A stretch of DNA of 64,000 nt from an uncultured Coriobacteriia bacterium (GTDB taxonomy: Bacteria; Actinomycetota; Coriobacteriia; Anaerosomatales; PALSA-660): contig CAVSCJ010000001.1 in the NCBI GenBank assembly GCA_963726435.1, positions 18,786 to 82,785 on the forward strand, in the 5' to 3' direction. The translations under genes and the position numbers were made by a program. Shown piece after piece: positions 11,962-23,569 of this stretch. Below the pieces are notes generated by a model. The model made no database searches. It saw only the letters and a list, made by a program, of their open reading frames with translations, and was not told the origin of the DNA. The first letter of the stretch is position 1. The number at the start of each line of letters is the position of its first letter.

Positions 11962-12291
11962 CTAGGCGGCGTTGATCATGAACGCGATAACGAAGCCCAT
12001 CAGGACGATGATCTCGGTCAGTGCGGTGATGACGATGAGGTTGGTACCGGCCTCGGGCTCTCGGCCAGAGTGCCCGCAGCAGCGGCACCGATCCTGGACT
12101 GCGCGTAGCCGGCGGACATGGCGGCGATGGACATCGTGACGGCCGCGGCCGTCGCCTTGGCGATTGCGACGTTCGGCGCAGACGGCCACTGTGGGCGCCG
12201 TCTCCTGTGCGAACGCCATTGCCGGGACCGCGATCGCGGCCAGGAACGTGCCCCCGACCATCACCTTCCTTGCGAGCTTGCTGTTGATCAT
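11962..12291 (-). CDS. atpK: V/A-type ATP synthase proteolipid subunit K/c (compensating frameshifts)
   Basis: Alternate frame gives AGYAQSRIGAAAAGTLAE, then ALTEIIVLMGFVIAF. Confidence 0.85.
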   Translation of the reverse strand: MINSKLARKVMVGGTFLAAIAVPAMAFAQETAPTVAVCAERRNRQGDGRGRHDVHRRHVRRLRAVQDRCRCCGHSGREPEAGTNLIVITALTEIIVLMGFVIAFMINAA

Positions 12292-14294
12292 GCGCTCTTT
12301 TCACCTCCGGTTTTGTGGAACGGCTTGTACGGTTCCTTGCTCGGCTCGTAGAACTTGCCGAAGAACTCCAACAGGTTGAGACGTATTGCATGGATGTTCG
12401 GGCTGAATGCGGAAACCAGGATGTTCACCGAGTGGAGCAACAGCCCGACGATTATACCGAGCAATCCCCGAGTCTTGGCCAGCTGCAAGTGAGTTCACCG
12501 CATCCGCGAAGATCGCGCCCGCGAGGCCCAGGGCCATGATACGGATGTAGGACGCGACGCTCGTGATGAGGCTGATCGACTCGACGAGGCCGAGCGCCTT
12601 GCCGCCCTTGAGCGCGTAGTAGAGGCCCACCGACGACGGCGAGGCCGGCGATGACGCCGACTGACCGTCTTGGCGCGGCGCCAGGCTCCGAGGACCGGCC
12701 GCGACGTCCGAAGAGCGACGAGCCCGCCGAGGAAGCCGAGCATGCCGCCCTTCTCGTAGACGTGGCTCATGTGCTTCGTCTTGACGCCGTTGATGATGCC
12801 GAGCACCAGGCCGAACACGACCTGGATGCAGGCCCATCGCGAGCGACAGGCCGATCATGAAGAGGCGCGAGGTCCGTCGCCGACGCGGTGGATCGGCAGA
12901 GTGAGCACGCCCGGAGCTGATGTGTGATCGGTGATCCAGTACGGCATCGAGCAGGTTGCCGAAGAACTCGCCGTAGACGAAGCCCCAGACGATCGCCATG
13001 GTGCACGCCGGGCCCAGGATGCCGGTCGCCATCTGGATGAACGGCTTGTCCTTGAACTTGAGGCGGAGCCAGATGACGAGCGCCAGCATCACGAGCGCCG
13101 TAGCCGATGTCGCCGACGATCATGCCGAAGATGATCGGGTAGAAGACGGCCAGGATCATCGTCGGGTCGAGCGTGCCGTAGGCCGGAAGGCCGCCGCGGA
13201 AGTTGAGCAGCATCTGGAACGGCGCGACCTCCTTGCGGTTCTACGAGCGGACACGGGAGTCTCGCTGAAGTCGTGCTCGTCGATCTCGAGCTGGCTGACG
13301 ATGACGTCCTCGCCGAACGCTGGCGCAGGGTCTTGCGCAGGTCGGCGATGTCGACCGACGGGGATCCAGCCGGAGACGACGAACGCGTAGTCGGTCTGGC
13401 CGAACTTCGGGATCGCCGAGATCTCGTCGATGCGGTCCGACAGGACGTCACGGATGGTCGTGAGGCGCAGGTACCACTTGGCTCGACATGCCCTCGAGCT
13501 CCTTGCTCGACGTCCTCGAGCTGCTTGGGCAGGGTCTTCTGGCGCTCCTTGACCGTCTCGTAGGCCTGGTCGAACGCCATGCCCTGCAGGTCGGAGGGGA
13601 GGCGGATCTGGTTGACGTTCTCGATGGCCAGGAACTTGTGCACCGGCTCCGAGTACGTCTTGTTGAACACGATGATGGCGGCGGTCGTGTCCTCGTCGAC
13701 GTCGGTGGACACGATCTCGCACTGCTTGTTGGTGATCTCGTCGAGCTCGTCCTTGAGCTGGTCGAGAGCGCTCTTGTACTTGCGCTCCACCAGCAGCGCG
13801 ACGGAGTCGAAGTTGCCAGTCGTGACGATCTGCTTCGCGAGCGGCTGGATCTTCTGCAGGATCGGCTCGTAGCGAGCCAGCAGCGACGAGCTCGCTCTCG
13901 ATGCTCGGTCTGCGAGATCGCAAGACCGCTCGTCTTCTCCTCGACCTCGTCGACGACGTGGGCGATCTCGTCGGAGAGCTCGGCCGAGTCGAGCTTCCAC
14001 AGGCGCGGCGTACTCCTTCTGGCGCTTGGCCTCGTCGACCTTGGTGCCGGGCAGCTGAAGAGCCTTGATCACCGCGCGCACTCGGATCAGGAGTTCCCCC
14101 ATGCGCTCGAGCTCCTGGTCCTGCGACTGCACGAGCTCCATCTGGTCGAGCTGGAGCTCCTTGGACTCGATCTTCTGCGACAGGTCCTCGATGTGGACCT
14201 TGCCATGCTCGTGGAGCATGTCCACGACGTCGAAGAACTTGCTCTTCGGCCCGATGATCTCGATCTTCGCCATTGGCACCAACACGTGCGACAC
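12288..14294 (-). CDS. atpI: V/A-type ATP synthase subunit I/a (multiple frameshifts)
   Basis: DPT..FGMIVGDIGYG, SYIRIMALGLA, HAIRLNLLEFFGKFY..YKPF fragments. Confidence 0.88.
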
Positions 14295-14329
14295 CCCCTC
14301 CCGTCACCCGCTGCGCGGGTGAGGAAACC

Positions 14330-14732
14330 TCAGACCTTGGTGACGGCCTCTACGACCATCTTCGACGGCCTTGGCGCGACGGGATTCCGCCTTCGCCTCG
14401 ACCTCGGCCACTTCCGACATCGACGTTCGCCAGGATCCTCGCGGCCTCCTGCTCGGCCTCGGCGATCATGCGCCTTCTCGACCTCGCGGGCGGCACGTCT
14501 CGCCTTCCGCCTCTCCACCGGAGAGCGTCTCGGCGGCCTTCTTGCGAGCGTCGGCGACGATCTGCTCCGCCTTCTTCTTGGTCGAGAGCACGCGCCCCGA
14601 GATCTCGAGTTCCTTCTCGCGGATGAGGTACAGCGGCGAGTTCGGGAGTTCCTTCTTGATCACATCCTGATAGAACTTGATGTGTTCGAGGCTCTCCTGC
14701 TCGGTCGACTTGTCCTCTACCACCGCATCCAC
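14330..14732 (-). CDS. V/A-type ATP synthase subunit G/H (frameshifted, start uncertain)
   Basis: E/K/A-rich coiled coil (IREKE..AEQIVADARKKA); first gene of the operon. Confidence 0.65.
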
Positions 14733-14863
14733 CTCTCTCCCGCCGCTGATGCGGGACATATCCAAGGCCAGGCGTCACGGGTACGTGATGCCTGTCGTCC
14801 AGCAGGGTCATACCGTGCGGATAGCACCACCCGCACGGCTGAACGGTGTGTCTCATCGCTCCA

Positions 14864-14890
14864 GTTCGTCGCGGTGCGCCGGATTCCTGC
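14864..14890 (-). promoter_or_regulatory. Putative SigH(Spo0H)-type promoter of the ATPase operon
   Basis: GCAGGAATC-13nt-CGAAC on the minus strand. Confidence 0.45.
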
Positions 14891-15023
14891 AAGATGCCGC
14901 AGCGCGGCAGAGCGTGTCGGAGCCCCCGGCGCGTGAGGCACGCAAGCGCGGACGTGCACGCGTGGGCACGCATGAGAATGCTACCACGATAGATGCTACC
15001 GTCCGGTGCCCTGCGGGTACAGG

Positions 15024-16166
15024 TCACGCCCGCACGGTGTACAGGCGGGGCAGGCGCGACCCGTAGCCGCAGGCGATCTCGTAGTTGATGGTCCCGAGCC
15101 GCTTCGGCCTGCTCGTCGATGGTCAGTGCGTGACCGCCCTGCTCGCCCACGAGCACGGCCTCGTCACCGACCGCGACCTCAACTCCTCGCGGGACCTCGA
15201 CCATGAGCTGGTCCATGCAGATCCGACCCACCTGCTGGCACTCGGCGCCGCGCAGCACCACGCGCATCCGATTCGAGAGTCCCCTGCGCACGCCGTCCGC
15301 GTAGCCCAACGGCAGCGTGGCGATCACTGCCGGCGATGCGGCGCGCCAGGTCAGGCCGTAGGAGACCCCCTCTCCCATCGGCACTCGGCGCACCTGCGTG
15401 ACGCGCGCCTTCACCGACATCGCCGGACGCAGTTCCACCGCTGCCTTGGTCGCCTCGCAGGGATGCAGGCCGTAGACAGCGATCCCGCACCTCACCATCC
15501 CGAAGTGCGTCTCGGGATGCAGGATCGTCGCCGGGGAGTTCGCCGCGTGCACGATGCCCAGGGTCGATGCCGCTGCCGCGGATCTCTCCCAGCGCGCGCG
15601 TCGAATCGCTCCAACTGTCTCTCGAAGTCCCAGTCGCCCGGGACGTCGGCGGTCGCGAAGTGCGTGAAGACCCCTTCGAGGACGATTCCCGGAAGGTCCC
15701 TGAGCGTGACTCGCGAAGGCAGCCGCATCCGTCCAGTCGACGCCGACCCGGTTCATCCCCGTGTTCACCTTCAGATGGTACGGGACCTCGGTCGAAGCCG
15801 AGACAGCGGCGCGGGAGAGCCCGGCCGCGAACTCAGGGGAGAACACCGCCGGCCTCAGGCCGTACCGTCGGAGGGAGGGAACGGACGAGACGGGCGGCTC
15901 GGAGAGGATGTGGATGGGCGCGGTTATGCCCGCCTTGCGCAGTCTCACTCCCTCGTCGACTGTGGCGACGCCGATGCGGTCCGCTCCAGCATCCAGCGCG
16001 GTCCGAGCGACCTCCGACTGCGCCATGTCCGTACCCGTCCGCCTTCACGACGACCATGAACAGCGTCTCGGTCGAAGTCAGCGATCTCAGGGCGCGCGAC
16101 GTTGTGGGCGATGGCGTCCAGATCGACTTCGACCCAGGCCCATCTTCGATCGACGGGACCGGCCAC
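15024..16166 (-). CDS. alr: Alanine racemase (multiple frameshifts)
   Basis: WVEVDLDAI, VVKADGYGHG, HLKVNTGMNR, GYADG, GRICMDQ across frames. Confidence 0.92.
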
Positions 16167-16168
16167 GG

Positions 16169-16626
16169 TCAGCCCGCGAGCGATCGGACGATGTCGGACT
16201 TGCTGACTGATGCCGACCAACTCGTCGCCGTCCATGACCGGCACGCGGGCCGACGTCGCGCTCGACGATGAGGGTGGCGACGTCGGTGACCAGCGCCTCG
16301 GGGACCACTGTCACCGGGTCGGTCGTCATCACGTCGGCGACCGTCGCCCCGACCGCCTTGCGCAGCGCGGACTCGTATCTGTCCTGGGCGCCCGGCGCGA
16401 AGATGTAGCCGCCGAGCAGGCTCAGGTACGTCGGGAAGTGGACCTTCACGTCGGCCATGATCAGGTCGCCCTCGGTGACCAGGCCGACGAGCTTCCCCTT
16501 CTCGAGCACCGGCAGTGCGCCGATGCGCTTGCCGGTCATCAGGTGTGCCGCCTCGGTGACCGTCATGTCCGGACCGACCGTGACGGGATCGGAGGTCATG
16601 ATGTCTCTCGCTGTGAGTTCGGCCAT
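16169..16626 (-). CDS. CBS-domain protein (frameshift near the 3' end)
   Basis: ARDIMTSDPVTV..LPV..LVGLVTEGD; second CBS VADVMTTDPVTV. Confidence 0.85.
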
Positions 16627-16647
16627 CGCGGGTCCTTCCATCGCGGG

Positions 16648-17535
16648 TCAGGCGCCGGCCGCGAGCAGCGGGCGGAACGCCTCGGGGAGATATGCAACCA
16701 CATCCTCGGCGGTACAACAAACGGCGGTGAGATCGTCGGCAGCCGCCTCGCCGGCCGATCCGTGGATGTAGGCGCCCAGCGCGGCGGCCTCGAGCCCGGG
16801 CGTGCCCTGAGCCAGGAGTGTCCCCACTATGCCAGCGAGAACGTCGCCGGTCCCGAGTGTGGCCAGCTCAGGTCCGCCGGATGGGTTGAGAACGAGCCGC
16901 CCCCGCCAGGCGATCAGCGTGCCCGCACCTTTGAGCAGCGCCGTGGCGCCGCCCACCGCGAGCGCAAGGGCGGTCGCGTCCCGATCGGCGTCCACGACAT
17001 CTCGCGTGACTCCCATGAGCCGCGCTGCTTCACCGGCGTGCGGGGTCAGCACCGTGGGCGCGCTTCGTGCGGCGACCGGCGAAAGGTCGCTTCCGAGCGC
17101 GAAGAGCGCGTCGGCGTCCAGCAGCAGCGGGATCGTGAGGCGTGCGATCAGATCCAGGACGGCCGCGGAGGTGTCGGCCGAGCGTCCCAGACCGGGCCCG
17201 AGAACGACCGCATCGGCCTGCAGCGCGGCCTGGATGATCGCGTCGACGGCCTCCGGGCCGAGCGACCCTCCGGCCCGGGCTGGCAGCGCCATCTTGACCG
17301 GCACGGTGAGCTTCACCTCGACGACCGGCAGCGACGGAGCGGGCACAGCTACCGTCACGTAGCCGGCACCCGCCCGCAGCGCGGCATCGGCGGCTAGGCA
17401 GACGGCCCCCGTCAGCCCCGGCGCTCCGCCGACCAAGAGCAGTCGCCCGCGGGTCCCCTTGTGATCGCTTGTCTGCGGCCGCCTGATCAGGCGCGCGTAG
17501 TCGGACGCCGTCCACGACTCTCGCTCAGCACCCAT
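16648..17535 (-). CDS. nnrD: ADP-dependent NAD(P)H-hydrate dehydratase (standalone)
   Basis: HKG.RG, GPGLG, DADAL, LTPHAGE, LKG, GTGDVLAG. Confidence 0.9.
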   Translation of the reverse strand: MGAERESWTASDYARLIRRPQTSDHKGTRGRLLLVGGAPGLTGAVCLAADAALRAGAGYVTVAVPAPSLPVVEVKLTVPVKMALPARAGGSLGPEAVDAIIQAALQADAVVLGPGLGRSADTSAAVLDLIARLTIPLLLDADALFALGSDLSPVAARSAPTVLTPHAGEAARLMGVTRDVVDADRDATALALAVGGATALLKGAGTLIAWRGRLVLNPSGGPELATLGTGDVLAGIVGTLLAQGTPGLEAAALGAYIHGSAGEAAADDLTAVCCTAEDVVAYLPEAFRPLLAAGA

Positions 17536-17560
17536 CCTTGCCGCCTCCGCTCCAGCGTGC

Positions 17561-18040
17561 TCAGCCCTGCGGCTCCGGATCCTCCAGGTCATCGACCAGG
17601 CTCTTCGCGTCCCGGAAGGCGGCGGCGCGGCGCTTCGCCTCATCGCGACCCTCGTCCGGAGTCGGATCGCCGGTGATGGCCACCGCGGACGCCACCGCGG
17701 TCGTGTGCGTGTAGGAAAGCGACAGGTGCAGCTCACGCACGCCGATCTGCTCGGCCACCTCCGCCGCGCGTCCGCTCAGCCGGGGCGTCGGACGACCGCC
17801 GGCGTCCCTCGCGACCTCGACGTCTGTGAACTTCATCCCCGCGAAGCCCGTGCCCAACGCCTTGAGCACGGCTTCCTTGGCCGCGAAGCGCAGGGCGTAG
17901 TGGACCTCGGGCTTGTTGCGCTTCTCGCAGTACGCGCGCTCCTGTTCGGAGAAGAGCCGCTCCCGCATGCCCGGATGGCGCTCGAGCGCCGCCGCCATGC
18001 GGTCGATCTCTACGATGTCCACCCCGAGACCGGCGATCAT
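17561..18040 (-). CDS. acpS: Holo-ACP synthase
   Basis: GVDIVEI, RFAAKEA.LKALGTG, LSLS. Confidence 0.93.
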   Translation of the reverse strand: MIAGLGVDIVEIDRMAAALERHPGMRERLFSEQERAYCEKRNKPEVHYALRFAAKEAVLKALGTGFAGMKFTDVEVARDAGGRPTPRLSGRAAEVAEQIGVRELHLSLSYTHTTAVASAVAITGDPTPDEGRDEAKRRAAAFRDAKSLVDDLEDPEPQG

Positions 18041-19870
<1,830 letters not shown>

Positions 19871-19999
19871 CTGCTCGACCTCCAGGTCGTATCAAGTCCA
19901 TTGGGAGATACCCCACGCGTGTGCGCGTGCGGCTGCAGGGACGCACGGCGCGCCTGCCTGCAAGGGTGTCCGCGCGTGTAGCGCGGGAGTCCCTGGTCC

Positions 20000-20155
20000 C
20001 GCAGCCGTTTTGTCTCCGCGGTCACCCGCGGGCTTTGTCGGTGCGGTGACGACATCGGGATGAGATGCCGGGGAGCCATCCGCCGAATGTTTCGATGAGC
20101 TCCCGCCTCGTCGACTGCCCCACTACATGGAAACGGGCAGTCCCGGCGCTTGGTC
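20000..20155 (-). ncRNA. glmS ribozyme (GlcN6P-activated); 3' boundary approximate
   Basis: AAGCGCCGGGAC-P1-GACGAGG..AUCGAAACAUUCGGCGGAUG..CCCGG core upstream of glmS; predicted cleavage between 20150 and 20149. Confidence 0.92.
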
Positions 20156-20303
20156 GCGATCGGACGTGCGGTCTTCGTCCGGCTTCACACCCCCTTCCGA
20201 CGCCACATCGTGCGTCGTCCCGGCGGCCTTCCTCAAGGCAATCGTAGCACCCGGCGGGAGATGCGCGGGTCACGGTTCGTTGACGGCTGCCCGAGCAGCT
20301 CCG

Positions 20304-21638
20304 CTATCCGAGCTCCCGTTCGACGACCGCCACGATGCGGTCGGCCGTGGCCTGGGCGACCGCGCGATCGGAGGCCTCGACCATGACGCGCACGAGGGGT
20401 TCGGTGCCGCTGGCCCGCACCAGGACGCGGCCGGTGTCTCCGAGCACCGCCTCCTCTGCGGCGACGGCCGCCAGCAGAGCCGCGTTCCCCTCCGCACCCC
20501 CCGTGTCCGACACCGGCACGTTGACGAGCACCTGCGGATATGTGGTCATGACCGACGCCAGCTGGGAGAGAGGCTTGCCGCTCTCCTTCATCGCACGGGC
20601 CATCTGCAGGGCCGTGACGAGCCCGTCGCCGGTGGTCGCGTACTCGAGGAAGATCACGTGGCCCGACTGCTCCCCACCCAGCACTGCCCCCGCCGCGCGC
20701 ATGCCGTCGAGTACGTTCCGATCGCCGACCTGGGTCTTGACTACCCGGATCCCGCGCTCGCGCATGGCGGCTTCGAATCCCATGTTCGCCATGACGGTGC
20801 TGACTACTGTATCGGCCGCCAGGCGCGACCCGCGCTTCATCTGCGCGGCGGCGACCGCCATGATGCGATCGCCGTCGACTACCGCGCCCGTCTCGTCCAC
20901 GGCTAGCGTCCTGTCGGCGTCGCCGTCGTGGGCGATCCCGATGTCCGCCCCGGTTTGGCGCACGAGAGCGATCAGCGGGTCCAGATGGGTCGAGCCGCAG
21001 CCCGAGTTGATGTCGGAGCCGTCCCAGTCGCAGTTCACGGCTGCAACATCGGCGCCCAGGCGCCGGAATGCAGCCTCGCTCGAAACGGCCGCGGCTCCGT
21101 GGGCGCAGTCGATGGCGACCTTGAGCCCGTCCAGGGTGCCGGGCACCGTGGCGGCGGCGTGAGCGACGTAGCGCTCGACCGCATCGCCGATAGTGCTCGC
21201 GGAGCCGCTTCGTACGTCCTCTGGACGGACTGACGGCTCGGCCGCGGTCACGCGAGACTCGATCTCCCGCTCCACTTCGTCGGGAAGCTTGAAACCGTCG
21301 GCACTGAAGAACTTGATGCCGTTGTACTCGGCGGGATTGTGGGAGGCGGAGACCACGGCGCCGCCGTCGGCTTCCAGCGCGCACGTCAGGAAGGCGACCG
21401 CGGGCGTCGGTACGATCCCCGCCAGCAGCGCGTCGCATCCGGCCGAGCGGATCCCATCGACCAGCGCCGACTCCAGCCACTCGCCGCTGGCGCGCGTGTC
21501 GCGGCCGACCACGATGCGGCCCGCCCCGCCTCTGCACAGCAGCGTACCGGCCGCCTCGCCTAGACTGAAGGCCAGCTCCCGGGTGAGTTCGGAGCCCGCG
21601 ATGCCGCGGACTCCGTCGGTGCCGAATCGAAGGGACAT
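20304..21638 (-). CDS. glmM: Phosphoglucosamine mutase
   Basis: FGTDGVRG, SASHNP, DGDADR, GGEQSGH, RASGTEP. Confidence 0.96.
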   Translation of the reverse strand: MSLRFGTDGVRGIAGSELTRELAFSLGEAAGTLLCRGGAGRIVVGRDTRASGEWLESALVDGIRSAGCDALLAGIVPTPAVAFLTCALEADGGAVVSASHNPAEYNGIKFFSADGFKLPDEVEREIESRVTAAEPSVRPEDVRSGSASTIGDAVERYVAHAAATVPGTLDGLKVAIDCAHGAAAVSSEAAFRRLGADVAAVNCDWDGSDINSGCGSTHLDPLIALVRQTGADIGIAHDGDADRTLAVDETGAVVDGDRIMAVAAAQMKRGSRLAADTVVSTVMANMGFEAAMRERGIRVVKTQVGDRNVLDGMRAAGAVLGGEQSGHVIFLEYATTGDGLVTALQMARAMKESGKPLSQLASVMTTYPQVLVNVPVSDTGGAEGNAALLAAVAAEEAVLGDTGRVLVRASGTEPLVRVMVEASDRAVAQATADRIVAVVERELG

Positions 21639-21724
21639 GTAGGCGGGTCCTTGTCGCTCGACGGGGCGCTCGGAGGGCGTTCGCTCCCTCCTCCCGGACT
21701 TGATGATAGCGCCTGGGCATCGAA

Positions 21725-21756
21725 GACCCGCCGCCTATGGGACGGGGCGGCGGGTC
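21725..21756 (-). terminator. Hairpin after rpsI
   Basis: 11-bp stem GACCCGCCGCC/GGCGGCGGGTC; weak U tract. Confidence 0.55.
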
Positions 21757-21781
21757 CTGGGTTCGATGCGGGTCGAGCCGG

Positions 21782-22177
21782 CTAGCGCTTGCTGAACTGA
21801 GGACGCTTGCGGGCCTTCTTGAGGCCATACTTCTTGCGCTCGACCATTCGCGGATCGCGACGCAGAAGACCGTTCTTCTTGAGCTCGGCGCGGTAGTCCT
21901 CGCCAGCCTCGAGCATCGCGCGAGCGATCCCGTGGCGCAGCGCGCCGGCCTGGCCCGAGAGCCCGCCGCCGTGGATCGAGGCGAGGACGTCGAACTTGCC
22001 GACGGTGTCGGTCACTTTGAAGGGAGAGTCGACCAGCGTCATTAGCACGGCACGGCCGAAGTACGCCGCCGCGTCGCGGCCGTTCACGGTGATGGTGCCT
22101 GTGCCGGGCATGAGGCGCACGCGCGCGACCGAGGTCTTGCGGCGGCCGGTGCCCTGGTAGATGGCCTTGTCGGTCAT
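21782..22177 (-). CDS. rpsI: 30S ribosomal protein S9
   Basis: GRRK, GGGLSGQ, PQFSKR. Confidence 0.98.
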   Translation of the reverse strand: MTDKAIYQGTGRRKTSVARVRLMPGTGTITVNGRDAAAYFGRAVLMTLVDSPFKVTDTVGKFDVLASIHGGGLSGQAGALRHGIARAMLEAGEDYRAELKKNGLLRRDPRMVERKKYGLKKARKRPQFSKR

Positions 22178-22183
22178 AGGTGG

Positions 22184-22618
22184 CTAACCCTCCAGCTTGA
22201 TCTGACGGGGCTTCTGGGCCTGGTTCTTGTGATCCGGGCCGGCGTACACCTTGAGCTTCATGCCCATGGCGCGGCCCAGCGTGTTCTTCGGCAGCATGCC
22301 CTTGACGGCGTGCTCGATGACGCGCTCCGGGTGCGTCGCCATGCGGTCGCCGAGCGAGACCTCTTTCAGTCCCCCGGGGAAGCCGCTGTGACGGAAGTAC
22401 TTCTTGTCCGCGAGCTTGTTGCCGGTGACCTTGATCTTCGAGGCGTTGACCACGATCACGAAGTCACCGGTGTCCACGTGCGGGGTGTACTGCGGCTTGC
22501 GCTTGCCCTTGAGGATCTGGGCGACCTCGCTCGCGAGCCGGCCGAGCGTCATATCGGTGGCGTCGACGAGCAGCCATTCGCGCTCGACTTCACCGACCTT
22601 GGCGTGGTACGTCTTCAC
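22184..22618 (-). CDS. rplM: 50S ribosomal protein L13
   Basis: [20 protein letters not shown]; GTG start. Confidence 0.97.
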   Translation of the reverse strand: MKTYHAKVGEVEREWLLVDATDMTLGRLASEVAQILKGKRKPQYTPHVDTGDFVIVVNASKIKVTGNKLADKKYFRHSGFPGGLKEVSLGDRMATHPERVIEHAVKGMLPKNTLGRAMGMKLKVYAGPDHKNQAQKPRQIKLEG

Positions 22619-22699
22619 TCGTTCTCCTAGTTGGTGCACGCGCATTCGCGCTCTCGGGCGTTCCTCGAGTTCACGGGGCTCTCCGGAACGAACCCTCAC

Positions 22700-22756
22700 A
22701 GTCTGCCACGGGAGGGTGTGCCCGTCAACGAAACAAACGCGGCCGGGCGTGTCCAT
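22700..22756 (-). promoter_or_regulatory. rplM promoter with upstream 21-bp motif
   Basis: ATGGACACGCCCGGCCGCGTT then TTGACG-17nt-CAGACT. Confidence 0.6.
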
Positions 22757-22789
22757 CGGGCGCGTCCGGCCCCACTCGTGCGCGGGTCT

Positions 22790-23569
22790 CTAGAGCCAGC
22801 ACTCCTCGGGGTAGGTCACGTGCCACAGCGTGAGCCCGTGCGGCGGTGCCGTCATCCCCGCCGCCTCGCGGCGGCAGGCCTCGAGCGCAGACGAGATCCA
22901 AGCGGGATCGCGTTTCCCTCTGCCGACGTCCACGAGCGAGCCCACGACGATCCGGACCATCGAATGGAGGAAGGTGCGGCCCGTCACGCGCACGAGCACG
23001 CACTCCTCGCCGAGTTCGCATGACTCGAGTATCTCGATCTCCTCGATGTCGCGGACGGTGCGCCGGTCGCGCGCGCTCCCGCTGACGCAGAAGGCGCGGA
23101 AGTCGTGCTCCCCCGTCAGCTGGGCGGCTCCTGCCCGCATGGCTTCGAGGTCGAGCTCCCGTTTCACCCACCACGCGCGTCCGCGGAGCGCAAGCGGCGG
23201 CGTGGGGCCCGGCACCAGAGTGTAGCGGTACTCGCGAAGCACCGCGTCGTAGCGCGCCGAGAAGCCGTCCGCTGCCGACCGCACCGCGGTCACGACTATG
23301 TCGGGTCCCGCCAAAGCGTTCAGCCCGACCTGCAGGCGGTCGGCCGGCGGGTCTCCCGGCTCGCTGGCGAAGCTCACGACCTGTCCGTGGGCGTGGACCC
23401 CGGCATCCGTCCTGCCCGCACCAACGATCCCGACGTCGCGCCCGAGCACGGTGTGCAGCGCCGACTCCAAAGCGCCTTGGACGGTGACGAGCCCCGGCTG
23501 CCGCGCGAATCCGTGGAACCCCGCGCCGTCGTAGGCGATGGTGAGAGCCGTGCCGCCCCGCCCGGTCAC
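22790..23569 (-). CDS. truA: tRNA pseudouridine(38-40) synthase
   Basis: YDG.GF.GF, GRTDAGVHA, GEHDF, FLHSMVR, APPHGL. Confidence 0.95.
   Translation of the reverse strand: MTGRGGTALTIAYDGAGFHGFARQPGLVTVQGALESALHTVLGRDVGIVGAGRTDAGVHAHGQVVSFASEPGDPPADRLQVGLNALAGPDIVVTAVRSAADGFSARYDAVLREYRYTLVPGPTPPLALRGRAWWVKRELDLEAMRAGAAQLTGEHDFRAFCVSGSARDRRTVRDIEEIEILESCELGEECVLVRVTGRTFLHSMVRIVVGSLVDVGRGKRDPAWISSALEACRREAAGMTAPPHGLTLWHVTYPEECWL

Noticed and set aside
6450-16270. Programmed frameshifting or phase variation of the ATPase operon
   Set aside because: Indels are scattered across unrelated genes, without slippery heptamers or long simple repeats at the sites I inspected.
22619-22699. L13 leader RNA
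   Set aside because: The position is plausible, but I could not match a consensus by eye; it needs a covariance-model search.
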